A stretch of DNA of 63,676 nucleotides, the filler included, from Actinobacteria bacterium UBA7524 (GTDB taxonomy: Bacteria; Actinomycetota; Coriobacteriia; Anaerosomatales; UBA912): the NCBI GenBank assembly GCA_002478275.1. It is 7 parts of 6 records of this genome, joined end to end, with 100 filler letters (N's around TTAATTAATTAA, not from the genome) between each part and the next. Parts side by side here need not be neighbours in the genome. Positions count along the whole stretch, not along the records: positions 11,521 to 37,275 come from DLMY01000003.1; 6 more parts are not named here. One strand, written 5' to 3'. A program made the position numbers and the translations under genes. Shown here piece after piece: positions 18,589 to 29,100 of the stretch. Numbering within the stretch: position 1 is the first letter of the stretch; each line of letters starts with the position of its first letter. Under the pieces are notes generated by a model. That model made no database searches, had not been told where the DNA came from, and saw only the letters and a program-made list of their open reading frames with translations.

Positions 18589-20823
18589 CTAAAGCAGGTC
18601 TACAGGATCGACGTCGACTGCCAAGGTCACGCCCGCAAGGCGAAGGCCTCCAAGAGTGTCACGCAACAAGCCGGGTACTGCAGCGCCTGGCGCACCTTTC
18701 ACGAGAACGTGCCAGCGATATGCCCGCTTGATGCGCTGCAACGGGGCCGGGCTCGGCCCGACGACCAGATAGCCTTCCGATGCTGAGGTCCTGAGAGCTT
18801 CGGCCACCTGAAGCGCCGTCTGACGTACACGGGACAGCTCATCTCCCGAGACGATGATGTTCGCCAGACGCGAGAACGGCGGATAGCGCAGCTCCTCGCG
18901 TAGACGGAGTTCCTGAGCATGAAAGACCGACGGGTCGTGCAGCCGGACGGCTTCGATGGCCGGGTGGTGCGGCCAGTACGTCTGGACGATCACGCTGCCC
19001 CCCGCCGGGCCGCGCCCCGCTCGCCCGGACACCTGCGCCAGGAGCTGGTGCGTGCGCTCGGCAGAGCGGAAATCCGGCAACTGGAGTGTCGTATCCGCGT
19101 TGAGCACACCCACCAGAGTGACTTCCGGGTAGTCCAGCCCCTTCGCAACCATCTGCGTGCCGAGGAGAACCGCCGAGTCGTGCGACTCGAACTCAACGAG
19201 GCAGCGCTCGTGGCCACCCTTGCCTGTCGTCGTATCGGCATCCATCCGGATGACGGGCAACTGGGGTAGGAGCGCCTGCAGCTCGGCATGGACGCGCTGC
19301 GTCCCGGCACCGAACTTCCGCAGGTAGACGCTTTGGCACTCGGGACACGCCGAGGGCACCTTGCGCCTTGCACCGCAGTGGTGACACGCCAGTACCGGCC
19401 CGGTCTCGTGGTACGTCATCGAGGTCGAACACGAGTCACAGCGTGGCACATGACCACACTCGCGGCACAGCAGGAACGAGGCGAAACCGCGGCGGTTGAG
19501 CAGAAGGACGGCCTTCTGACCTCGCTCTGCCACGTCGAACAAGGCCTGTGTAAGAGGACGCGAGAACATCGACCGGTGCCCGGCGGCGAACTCCCCCGCC
19601 ATGTCCACCACGGTGACGGCAGGCATCGCTCCCCCGGCGACTCGCTGATCCATCACGATGCGGTCGTAGAGGCCCTCACTCGCCGACCGGATCGACTCAA
19701 GCGACGGAGTCGCGCTTCCCAGGACTAGTTTCGCACCCCGCAACGCGCACAATCGCCTCGCGACATCTCTCGCGTGATAGCGAGGCGAGGAGCCTTGCTT
19801 GTACGACGATTCATGTTCCTCGTCGATCACCACCAGAGCCAGGTCCCGCACGGGCGCGAAGAGCGCTGATCTGGCCCCGACTACCACGCGGGCTTCTCCG
19901 GACCGGATGCGGTCCCACTCATCGAACCTCTCTCCAACCGAAAGGCGGCTGTGCAGGACGGCTACCCGTTCGCCGAAGCGCGTCCTGAAGCGTCCCACTG
20001 TCTGAGGGGTCAGCGAGATCTCCGGCACCAGGACGATCGCCGTCGCACCCGTAGCGAGGACGGCCTCGATCGCCTGCAGATAGACCTCCGTCTTGCCCGA
20101 GCCGGTGACACCGTCCACCAGAACGGGAACCTCCACGGCTCGCTCATTCCCTATCGCGTCCAGTGCGTCGCGTTGTCCGCGAGTGAGTGCGGAGGGTATG
20201 CCGGCCGCCTTCTCCTTGAAAGCCGGAGTCCGGTAGCGTCTGCGCTCCTCGACGACGACCGCCCCTTTTCGGACCAGAGCGTCAACCGCTCCCCGTGCCC
20301 CGCTACCGAGAGTCGCTGTGATCTCGTGCAGGCTCAGGGGGCCCGACTCGACCAGATCGAGCAACGCCCTTTGAACCACCGCCCGCGGCCCGGGAGTGAA
20401 AGGCTCCGACGTGCGAGTCACCCATCGCTCATCGACCGCTGAGGCCCGTGCGGGCTGAAGCGACCACGCGCCATCGTCCCCGTCACCACCCCTGGTCAAC
20501 CTCGAGTTGAATCCGGGCGGCAACAGAAGACGTACCGCGTCAGACAGCGGCGAAACGTACTCCTCGGCGATCCAGAGGGCGAGTTTCGCCGAAACGGCGT
20601 CGAACAACGCCTCAGTGAGCACCTCGGTAATCGGGCTTGGATCGGAGACCGCGGCCTGCTCGGGAAGGTCGACAACCCAGCCGACCAGATCACGTCCACC
20701 GAACGGGACGACGACGGCCACGCCTATGTCGACCGCAGCATCCAGCCGCTCAGGGACGAGGTAGTCGAAGGGTCTGTCGATCCCCCTGACCGGTATGTCG
20801 ATGACGACTCTGGCGGTGCGCAC
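18589..20823 (-). CDS. priA: Primosomal protein N'
   Basis: GVTGSGKTEVY, LVPEISLTPQ, DEEHE and two CxxC pairs. GTG at 20823 follows GAGG; the ORF extends to 20877. Confidence 0.95.
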   Translation of the reverse strand: MRTARVVIDIPVRGIDRPFDYLVPERLDAAVDIGVAVVVPFGGRDLVGWVVDLPEQAAVSDPSPITEVLTEALFDAVSAKLALWIAEEYVSPLSDAVRLLLPPGFNSRLTRGGDGDDGAWSLQPARASAVDERWVTRTSEPFTPGPRAVVQRALLDLVESGPLSLHEITATLGSGARGAVDALVRKGAVVVEERRRYRTPAFKEKAAGIPSALTRGQRDALDAIGNERAVEVPVLVDGVTGSGKTEVYLQAIEAVLATGATAIVLVPEISLTPQTVGRFRTRFGERVAVLHSRLSVGERFDEWDRIRSGEARVVVGARSALFAPVRDLALVVIDEEHESSYKQGSSPRYHARDVARRLCALRGAKLVLGSATPSLESIRSASEGLYDRIVMDQRVAGGAMPAVTVVDMAGEFAAGHRSMFSRPLTQALFDVAERGQKAVLLLNRRGFASFLLCRECGHVPRCDSCSTSMTYHETGPVLACHHCGARRKVPSACPECQSVYLRKFGAGTQRVHAELQALLPQLPVIRMDADTTTGKGGHERCLVEFESHDSAVLLGTQMVAKGLDYPEVTLVGVLNADTTLQLPDFRSAERTHQLLAQVSGRAGRGPAGGSVIVQTYWPHHPAIEAVRLHDPSVFHAQELRLREELRYPPFSRLANIIVSGDELSRVRQTALQVAEALRTSASEGYLVVGPSPAPLQRIKRAYRWHVLVKGAPGAAVPGLLRDTLGGLRLAGVTLAVDVDPVDLL

Positions 20824-20916
20824 GCATGCCTCGCTTTCGACCGTTGCTCGTTGCAGCATACCGAAGGCCACCGACACGTCGCGCGCCGGTGGCCTTTCGG
20901 ATCACACGTCGATACG

Positions 20917-22176
20917 TCAGTCGTCGAGCCCGGCGGCCTCGGCCAGCTGATCGGCACGGTCGGTGCGCTCCCAAGTGAAGTCCTTGTCACTGCGCCCGAA
21001 GTGCCCGTAAGCTGCGGTCTTGCGGTAGATCGGCCGGCGCAGGTCCAGGTCGCGGATGATCGCACCGGGGCGCAGGTCGAACACCTGAGAGATCGCGCTC
21101 TCGATTGCGCCAACGCTGACCTTCTCGGTGCCGAACGTCTCGATCATCACCGATAGCGGATGCGCGACGCCGATCGCGTAGGCCAGTTCGATCTCGCAGC
21201 GGTCGGCAAGCCCCGCGGCCACCACAGTCTTTGCGACCCAGCGCGCGGCATACGCGGCCGAACGGTCGACCTTGGTGCAGTCCTTGCCGGAAAACGCGCC
21301 GCCACCGTGACGCCCCATGCCGCCGTACGTGTCGACGATGATCTTTCGCCCGGTCAGACCGGTGTCGCCCATCGGTCCACCGATCACGAAGCGGCCCGTC
21401 GGATTCACATAGATATCCGCCGAGGAATAATCTATCCCCTCCAACTCGAAAACAGGCTTGATCACGTGCTCGATGAGATCCGGCTTCAGCAACCCTTCGA
21501 TGTCCACGCCGTCGGCGTGCTGCGTGGAAAGCAGGATCTTCTCGACGGAAACAGGCTTGTGGTCGACGTAACGGACCGTGACCTGGGACTTGCCGTCTGG
21601 CCGCAGATACTCCAACACTCCCGCTTTGCGCACCGCGGTCAACCGCTCGGCCAGACGATGGGCCAGATAGATCGGCAACGGCATGAGCTGAGAGGTCTCG
21701 TTACACGCGTAGCCGAACATCATGCCCTGGTCGCCGGCGCCGATCAGGTCGAGCGGGTCGCCGTTGAGGCCGTGCTGGACCTCGAAGGATTCGTCGACCC
21801 CCATCGCGATGTCCGTGCTCTGCTCGTGGATCGTCGTGATCACGCCGCACGTCTCGGAGTCGAAGCCGTACTTCGCGCGGGTGTAGCCGATATCCTGGAC
21901 CACGTCACGTACCACGGCAGGCACGTCTACGTACGCGTGAGTACGGATCTCACCGGAGACGACGACGAGCCCCGTGGTTATCAGCGTCTCGCATGCGACT
22001 CTGACGTAGTCCGGCGCGGCCTTCGTGCCGCTGGGCGCCACGAAGCCGGCCTCGGCGAGTTCGGCCTCCCGCTTGATGATTGCGTCGAGGATGGCGTCGG
22101 ATATCTGATCGCACATCTTGTCGGGGTGGCCCTCAGTGACCGACTCCGAAGTGAACAGGTACTCTCGCTCAGGCAT
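20917..22176 (-). CDS. metK: S-adenosylmethionine synthetase
   Basis: [19 protein letters not shown] and GGGAFSGKD. Confidence 0.98.
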   Translation of the reverse strand: MPEREYLFTSESVTEGHPDKMCDQISDAILDAIIKREAELAEAGFVAPSGTKAAPDYVRVACETLITTGLVVVSGEIRTHAYVDVPAVVRDVVQDIGYTRAKYGFDSETCGVITTIHEQSTDIAMGVDESFEVQHGLNGDPLDLIGAGDQGMMFGYACNETSQLMPLPIYLAHRLAERLTAVRKAGVLEYLRPDGKSQVTVRYVDHKPVSVEKILLSTQHADGVDIEGLLKPDLIEHVIKPVFELEGIDYSSADIYVNPTGRFVIGGPMGDTGLTGRKIIVDTYGGMGRHGGGAFSGKDCTKVDRSAAYAARWVAKTVVAAGLADRCEIELAYAIGVAHPLSVMIETFGTEKVSVGAIESAISQVFDLRPGAIIRDLDLRRPIYRKTAAYGHFGRSDKDFTWERTDRADQLAEAAGLDD

Positions 22177-22215
22177 TCGTCCTCCTTCTGGCTCCGATCC
22201 GGCACTCATGCCGGG

Positions 22216-22249
22216 AAACAAAACAACCCTTGCCTGTGCAGACAAGGGT
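22216..22249 (-). terminator. Intrinsic terminator of the SAM-I expression platform
   Basis: Minus strand ACCCUUGUCUG-CA-CAGGCAAGGGU followed by UGUUUUGUUU, between the aptamer and metK. Confidence 0.8.
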
Positions 22250-22286
22250 CTCGCTTCCGGGCCGGGCAACGCCGTCCGCAGCTATT

Positions 22287-22417
22287 CCCTCATCTTCCAG
22301 GCTCACGCCTGCCGAGATTTGGCACCATACGCTGTTTTCGGCGCTGGTTGCCGGGGTTTCACAGGGCTCGGTCCCTCGACCCACTGCGGTCGACATTCGA
22401 CCGCCTCTTGATGAGAA
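22287..22417 (-). ncRNA. SAM-I (S-box) riboswitch upstream of metK
   Basis: Minus strand CUCAUCAAGAG...GAGGGAC..GCCC.UGAAACCCCGGCAACC...GGUGCCAAAUC...GGAAGAUGAG; carries an extra hairpin. Confidence 0.92.
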
Positions 22418-22551
22418 CGAATGAACCTTACCATGCGCGACCCATCGAATTCCATAGCTTCCGGGCGGTTGGCGAGGTTTGACGCCTTGCCCGCCGGAGG
22501 GGAGTAAGGGTGTCAGATTACCCCGCGCTGCGTGCGAAGGACGTGGTCGCC

Positions 22552-23109
22552 TCAGCGTTCCTCTACGTCACGTAGCATTCGACCAAGGAACTCAAGATCG
22601 GCCCCTTCCGAAGGATCAGCCTCTCCCGCGGAGATCGCCTTGCGAAGCCACTCTGCGGCCGCATCGTATTCCCCCGCCCGCAACTCGATGTTTGCTAACG
22701 CCATCAGCGGAGTGACCCGAAACTCCGACACAAACCCGTAGCGTGTCAGCTTCGCACGGGTGCCTGGTATCTCTATTCCCGGTGCATCCATGCGCTCGAG
22801 AGCATGGATGAGGCTTTGACTCGCACGTTCGTCGTCCTTCTCCAAGGCCGCAATTCCTTGGTAGTAGTACCAGTTCCCCGCCACACGGGAAGCTGGTCCG
22901 ACCGAAAACAGCGCCAAGACAAGAATGGACACAAGAGCCCAGTTGCTGATCGGTCTGCGAAGAAACGGAAGCATCATCAGCGGAAAAAGCGCACAGACAA
23001 TCTGCATGAAGATGATCGGACGCGGATCGATCGCACTCGCAAACCTAAGAAGGCCTAGGGTGACCATGGCCACCGCGACAACCGCCCACGCATTCACGCG
23101 CGTCTTCAT
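22552..23109 (-). CDS. Membrane protein with a C-terminal TPR-like region; candidate Rhs immunity protein
   Basis: Three N-terminal hydrophobic helices; ALANIELRAGEYDAAAEWLRKAI is TPR-like. ATG overlaps the Rhs stop (ATGA at 23106-23109). Confidence 0.65.
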   Translation of the reverse strand: MKTRVNAWAVVAVAMVTLGLLRFASAIDPRPIIFMQIVCALFPLMMLPFLRRPISNWALVSILVLALFSVGPASRVAGNWYYYQGIAALEKDDERASQSLIHALERMDAPGIEIPGTRAKLTRYGFVSEFRVTPLMALANIELRAGEYDAAAEWLRKAISAGEADPSEGADLEFLGRMLRDVEER

Positions 23110-26100
23110 TCCCCGCTCCAAAGGCTCGTCCACCAGGTTATGAACCGATTGTATCCGTCAGAAACGAAGCTCTCAGGGCCAAGGCCGGATGCGACACCCG
23201 CGGCGCCTTGGGCAGGGCCAGCAGCGTACTGACCGGCGTAGTCCCTTTGCGCCTCGCAGTTTCTTTGCTCCTGCTCCATAGCGTCCTCGGGAGTAATGCT
23301 TCCGTCTCTGACCATGTCCTCCAAACTCGCAGATTGATCCCGCCTGCTTGCTGCGTCCTGAACTGCATCGTTCGACGAATCGAGAAGCAGGTAGCCCCCG
23401 ATAACCGCCACGGCAACGACCACAATCGCGCCAGCCGCCAACCCACTCGGATCCACCAACCCCACCGGGTCGCCCAGGCAATACCCGTAGAGGTTAGCAT
23501 CCCCTCCGGCAAAGCCGATCGGGTCTTTTGCGATCCAGCGCCCAAGCGCCGGGTCGTAGTCGCGCGCGCCGAAGAGCACAAGGCCGGTGTCACTATCGCA
23601 AAGCCCTCCCGCGAAGCCGAGCGGGATCTGAAGCGCGGGGTTGGTATCTTCGGTCACGTTGCCGAAGCTGTCGTGTGCAAGCGTCTTGAGCACCGCACCC
23701 GCCTCATCGGTGACCGCACGCAAGCTCCCGACCTGGTCATACGCGAAGAAGATGCGGCCTGTAGGCGTGTCTGCCGCATACGGCACGCGGGCATCGGCGT
23801 AGAGCATGCGCATCTGCAGCGCACCGGCACCGTCATAGACCGCGAGCAGGCGGGTGGTATCTGCCCACAGATAGCGCTGGGTGGGCGTGCCGTCTATCGC
23901 CTTCGAGGTCCTGCGTCCGGCGGCGTCGTAGGTGTATGAGACCTCACGTCCGTCGGCAAGCGTGACGCTTTCAAGCTCTCCGAAGGCAGAGTACGCGAAA
24001 GTCGTGGTGCCTTCTAAGGAGTGCTTGAGCGACAGATAGCCGTCGGGGGTGTAGGTGTAGGTGGCATCTCCGACGGATGTTGCGCGGTCCTCGGTGTCGA
24101 AGGAGGCAGCAAGCGTGGTGTCGATGCCGCGCAATGGCGCGCGATGCGCGGTGCGGTTGCCGTTTTCGTCATAGGCGTAGGACTCCGCGAGCTGCCCGTC
24201 GAGCGTGACTTCTGCAAGGCGGCCCAATGTGTCGTAGGTGTAGTCCCAGGTGCGTGTGGTGGCAGATGTCTCCTCGGCCTTTTGCGTGATGCGGCCGGAG
24301 ATGTCGCGCGTGAGCGTGTAAGCGTAGGAGCCGTAGTCGGCAGAATCGATCTCGCCGTGCTCGTTGTAGGAGCGCTCAAGGGCGAAGCCGGGGGCGGTCA
24401 CGGCCTCAGGCAGCGCGTTATCGGCCCTGCGCGCGATAGTGAAGGGGGCGGCCGATACCAGAAGGCCGTCTGCGTCGTATCCGTAGGTCTGCGTGGAGCC
24501 CGCATAGGTGAACGAGACCGGGGCGAAGTCGGTGTTGTAGGTCCAGGCAAGCGAGGCGGCAGCGGCGCCTTGGCGCGTCTCGGTTATGGGCAGCGAGCCT
24601 TCGTAGGTGAAGGTGGAGCGCTCGGATGCGCGCTGCGTGGCCAGCACGATCCCGCAGATCGCGCGGGTGAGGGCGATGGTGTCGGCACCTGAGCTGACCG
24701 ATGTGAGAAAGTCGTGCGTGTAGCCGTAGTCGATCGCGGTGCCCGACGGCATGGCGACCTTATCGAGGCGGCCTGCGGCGTCGTAGGCATACGCGTACGC
24801 GCCGGAGACCGGCGTGTCGTATGAGGTGCGAGCGCCCGTGGAGTCCGCGTCGAAGACGTGCGCGGCGTCGCGCGGTGTGACAAGTGTGGTCATGTTGCCC
24901 GCGGCGTCGTAGTCGAAGCGCACGGTGGTGTTGTCGGGGCGGACCTGCGTGGTGGTGCGGCCCAAAGCGTCGTATTCGAAGCTCGTGGTCTTGCCGTCGG
25001 GTGCGGTGATCGCCTCGACGTTGCCTGAGGTGTCGTAGCTGTAAGACGTAGTGCGCTCCCCTGCTGCCACGGCGCTGACTCGGCCCCGGGCGTCGTAGTC
25101 GTAGGTGACCGGGGCGAGCCCGGATGCCTCGACGCTTTGGGTGAGCAACGTATCGGTGTCGTAGTGCGAAAGCACGCTGCGGCCCGCCGGCGAGGTCGCG
25201 CGGACCGTGCCGGCTACGACGTCATCGCGGATGGTCGAGGTGCGTCCGTTGACGGTGACGGCTTCGGTGCGCGCCGTGAAGGTGCCGTCTGCAGCCAGGT
25301 TCTCGTACTGGCGCGCGAGGCTGGTCGACTTCGTAAGTCCAGAGGGCAGGCGCGTGCTCGTCGAACGGGTATAGGGCACGTTGAAGACGAAGTCCCATCC
25401 CTTCAAGGCCGTGACCTTGGTCCCGTCCTGATAATCCACGCGGCTCGTCATATCGTCCTTGGCCACCCAAGAGCGTGTCACTGAGCCCGCGTCGTTGATC
25501 ATCGTCCGCGTCGTGCCGCGATCATCGGTACGCGTCATGCGCGTCATCTCGGTAAGCGAGTTCGAGCGGGCCGTCGTGATGCCTTCGGTGGGCGATGTCG
25601 ACCGCGCGTAGGTGAACGGTCGCCCTTCGGCGCTCGCGGAGGAAGCGAGCCGGCCCTGTTTGTCATAGGAATGCGTGGCGACGCCACCGCGCGGGTCGGT
25701 GACGTCGGTGATGAGGCCGGCGGCCGTGTAGTCCATGCTCACGGTGGCGCCGTCGGCGTAGGTCACGGAGGCCAGACGGTCTTCGGCGTCGTGCTTCAGT
25801 TCGGTCCGGTCGCCGTCTGGACTCACGAGCGCGATGGCTTCACCGGCGCCGTTGCGTTCGATCGCAAGCGTCTGACCGAAGCGATCAGTGACTCCCACGA
25901 GGCGCTCTCCGGCATCGTAGGTGAACGAGAGCGCAGTCATGCCATGAGTCGGGTCGAACGTCTCGAGATGGCGACCATCGGCGCTGAAGCGGTGCCCGGT
26001 GGAGCCGTCCTCGATGACGACGTGCTCGTCGGCGGCCAGGTAAGGTGCTTGGTACTTGGTGTCAGAAACTCGCACGAGGCCATCTTTGGTGACGATGAAG

Positions 26101-29100
26101 ATCGAGCCCGCGGGGTCCACGCTCACCGAGACCGGTAAAGGCGTGTACTTGAGTCGTGCAGGAGCGGGCCACTTGGCGACCGCATTGGACGAATCCATAG
26201 TCCCCGCTCGTGTCACAAGGACACCGCTTGCGTCAACCTCGTAGATTAGACCCGAGAGCCTGCTACTGATGAAGAGTCGGCCACCCGCGTCCACGGCCAT
26301 GTCGGAGATGTTCAGATATGCATCGAGGGCGTCGGTGCCGCCGAAATCGGTCGAATAGCGGACCGCATAGACGGCCGGGTCCAAAGAACCGGCGACCTTG
26401 GTGAGGTTGCCGCTGGGATCGACGGCCCATACCTCGCGTTCAGTTCCCAGGTAGACGGTGCCGTCGGGCGAGACGGCCACTTGCCTCGACCGGAGGGTGG
26501 TACCGGCTGCTGGAGCTCCGTCGGCCGGTGGAGTCGAACCGTCGCCGGCAATTCGATGGATCGTGCCGGCTGGAGTGATCTGAAACGTAGGGTACCGAGA
26601 GGCGGACCCATCGGACAGGTATGCTGCCACGTAGACATTTCCGTCTGCATCCGCGGCAACATCGAATGGGCAGAAACTCGCCTCGAGCGCGGAGCCTCCG
26701 TTCTCGTACTCCGCGCCAAAGACACCGTTGCCTGCGACCGGGACCTTCGTGCCATCCGGCTCGATCCGATAAACGTAGTACGGATTCGACGAGCAAGCGT
26801 AAACCGTCCCATCCGGGGCGACCGCGACACTCGAGAACTCGCCTGTCGCTACCTTCGTCGCTTTTCCCGTAAACGGGTTCACTCGCCACAATCCATGCCA
26901 CATCCAGTCATAGACCGCTGCGACGTAAGCGTGCCCGTCCGGTGCCACGGCAACGTGCCTGAAGGAGAAACGACTGGTATTGACCGTACCGTCGTCATCC
27001 TTCAACACTATCGACGCGATCTCACTCGGACGATCCTCCACGCGCCCGTCGCCCGTGTAGATGACTTCCGGCTCATCCGGATCAAGGATGTGATGCACCG
27101 AAAGCGTCCAATCCTCGGCGATCTGGTCGTTTTCGACCGGTCGAGTGATCTCGATCTCGTGGGTTCTGGTCGTTTTGCCCTTCGGCCCGTCCGGCGGTGC
27201 ATAGACCGGTCCGGTCGCCGAAGTCAACGCTGATGCCTGAACGGCGAAAAAGCGCCCGCCCTCGACGACGGTAGATCCAACGGCACTCAACCATGTTGAT
27301 GATCGCGTCTGCGGCGCGGTGCCAATATAGACCAACGGATACGAGTACGTGATCTCCACCGTCGCGTTAGTGCGTCCTTCGACTTGCGCGCCTCTCCAGT
27401 CCCGGCCGTCCCACTCGAAGTGGGCCACGGCGTTCGGCTCTAGCGCAACGCTCTGCTCGAGAAGGCGACCGGCTACGTACACACGGACGAGTATGCCTCG
27501 CAGAGCCTCTGGCACGTCGTCACCGAGGACCGAGACATCCAGGCTCGTAACGTAACCGCCGGTGCGCGACGAAGAGTAGTGCAACGTCGCACCCGTTCCG
27601 GCAACCGGGAGATCCTCGTGTGTCACGCCCGCGGCGATATCGACGGTCGAGTGGCCAGCAAGCCGGCAGTCCTCCTCGGCATCGCTCTGTGCAGTCGAGG
27701 CACTGTAGAGATCACCAACGAAGTCGGGCACCCACCAGGGCCAGTTGCAGTCGTAAGGCGTGAAGTGATCGATATCTACCCGCCAGAACACAGCACCAGG
27801 CACGAACCGTGGGCCACTCAAGCCCTGGACCTCGTCGCTCAGCTCACCGTCGTCGTCGAAATCGTCAGCGATGCCATCCGAGTTGACGTCACAGCCGTCC
27901 ACGACCCCGTCGCCGTCGGTATCGAGCAGCTCGACCACGACGCCATCATCGATCGACTTCCATGCTCCGGCGTCACGGTCATAGTAGCCGGTCGGCACGG
28001 TAACGCCCGGACCGAAGCCGATGAAGTCCTCGACCCACAAGGTCACTGGCCTATCGAAATAGACGTCATCCGCCTCGTCTGCGGACAGTTCGACGCAATA
28101 TGTGAAAGCAGATGCGGGCGGCAGTACCGCGGGCATGGCTTCGGGTGTCGTGAACTCTGTCGCGCGGATCGTGAGCGAGTCAAGGTCGATTCGCGCACCC
28201 TGTTCATCGGTCGTCCACGCTCCGGCATCGCCGGGCAGTACCAGCGTCGCCGTGCGCTCCCCACGCGCGTCTGTCACCACGGACGACTCGTGCACGAATA
28301 CACTGTCAGGGTCGCCGTCGAAAACAACGGCGGTCGAAGCCTCATCATAGGCGACCAGCACGACTTCTCCGGTGTCGACGGCATCGTTCCAGGGAACTGT
28401 GACGACACGCTGAGACGAGACGTACCCCTTCTTCTCGAATACGACGCGCTCTGCCGCCCCGCCGTCGCACGGCAAGACCCAGGTCCCGTCGGTCTGCGTC
28501 ATGACAGTGCCGTACTCTGGCTTGCCTAGCACACTCACGGTCACGCCCGAAAGCTGCGAACCGTCTTGGGAAAGCACTCGGCCCCTTAACACAGCGAACC
28601 GATACGGATCGTACGCTTCGATCGTGGCGTCGACAGGGATGAGGTCTTCGTATGTAGCTCCGAAGCTACCCGCGGGCAGCGGTTCGACGTTCAGCACCTC
28701 TAACACCGCAGTGTCCGTGGCGATCCCCCCCGGACCCGTCGCGGTTATCGTGTAGGTGGTCGTGACCGCCGGACTCACGACACGCATGCCGGTCGGCGGC
28801 ACCAACCCGACCAAAGGCTCGACGCTCACGATGTCGGCATACGAGCAGCTCCATGAGAGAACAGCGGACTGCCCGGCCAACACGCGAGTTGGCGTGGCTT
28901 CGATCAAGGCCACCGGAGCGGGAGACGTGACCTCGATGGTCACGGATTCGCTCGGGCCCGAGACGTTCCCAGCGGTGTCGACGGCATGAACCGCGTACTC
29001 GTATGCGACTCCATTTACCGTCGTTGTGTCTGTGCAGTTCGTCGAGACGGTCTCGAGCAGGGTCAGCCCGTCACGGAAGACCCTGTAGAATGCAAGGTCG

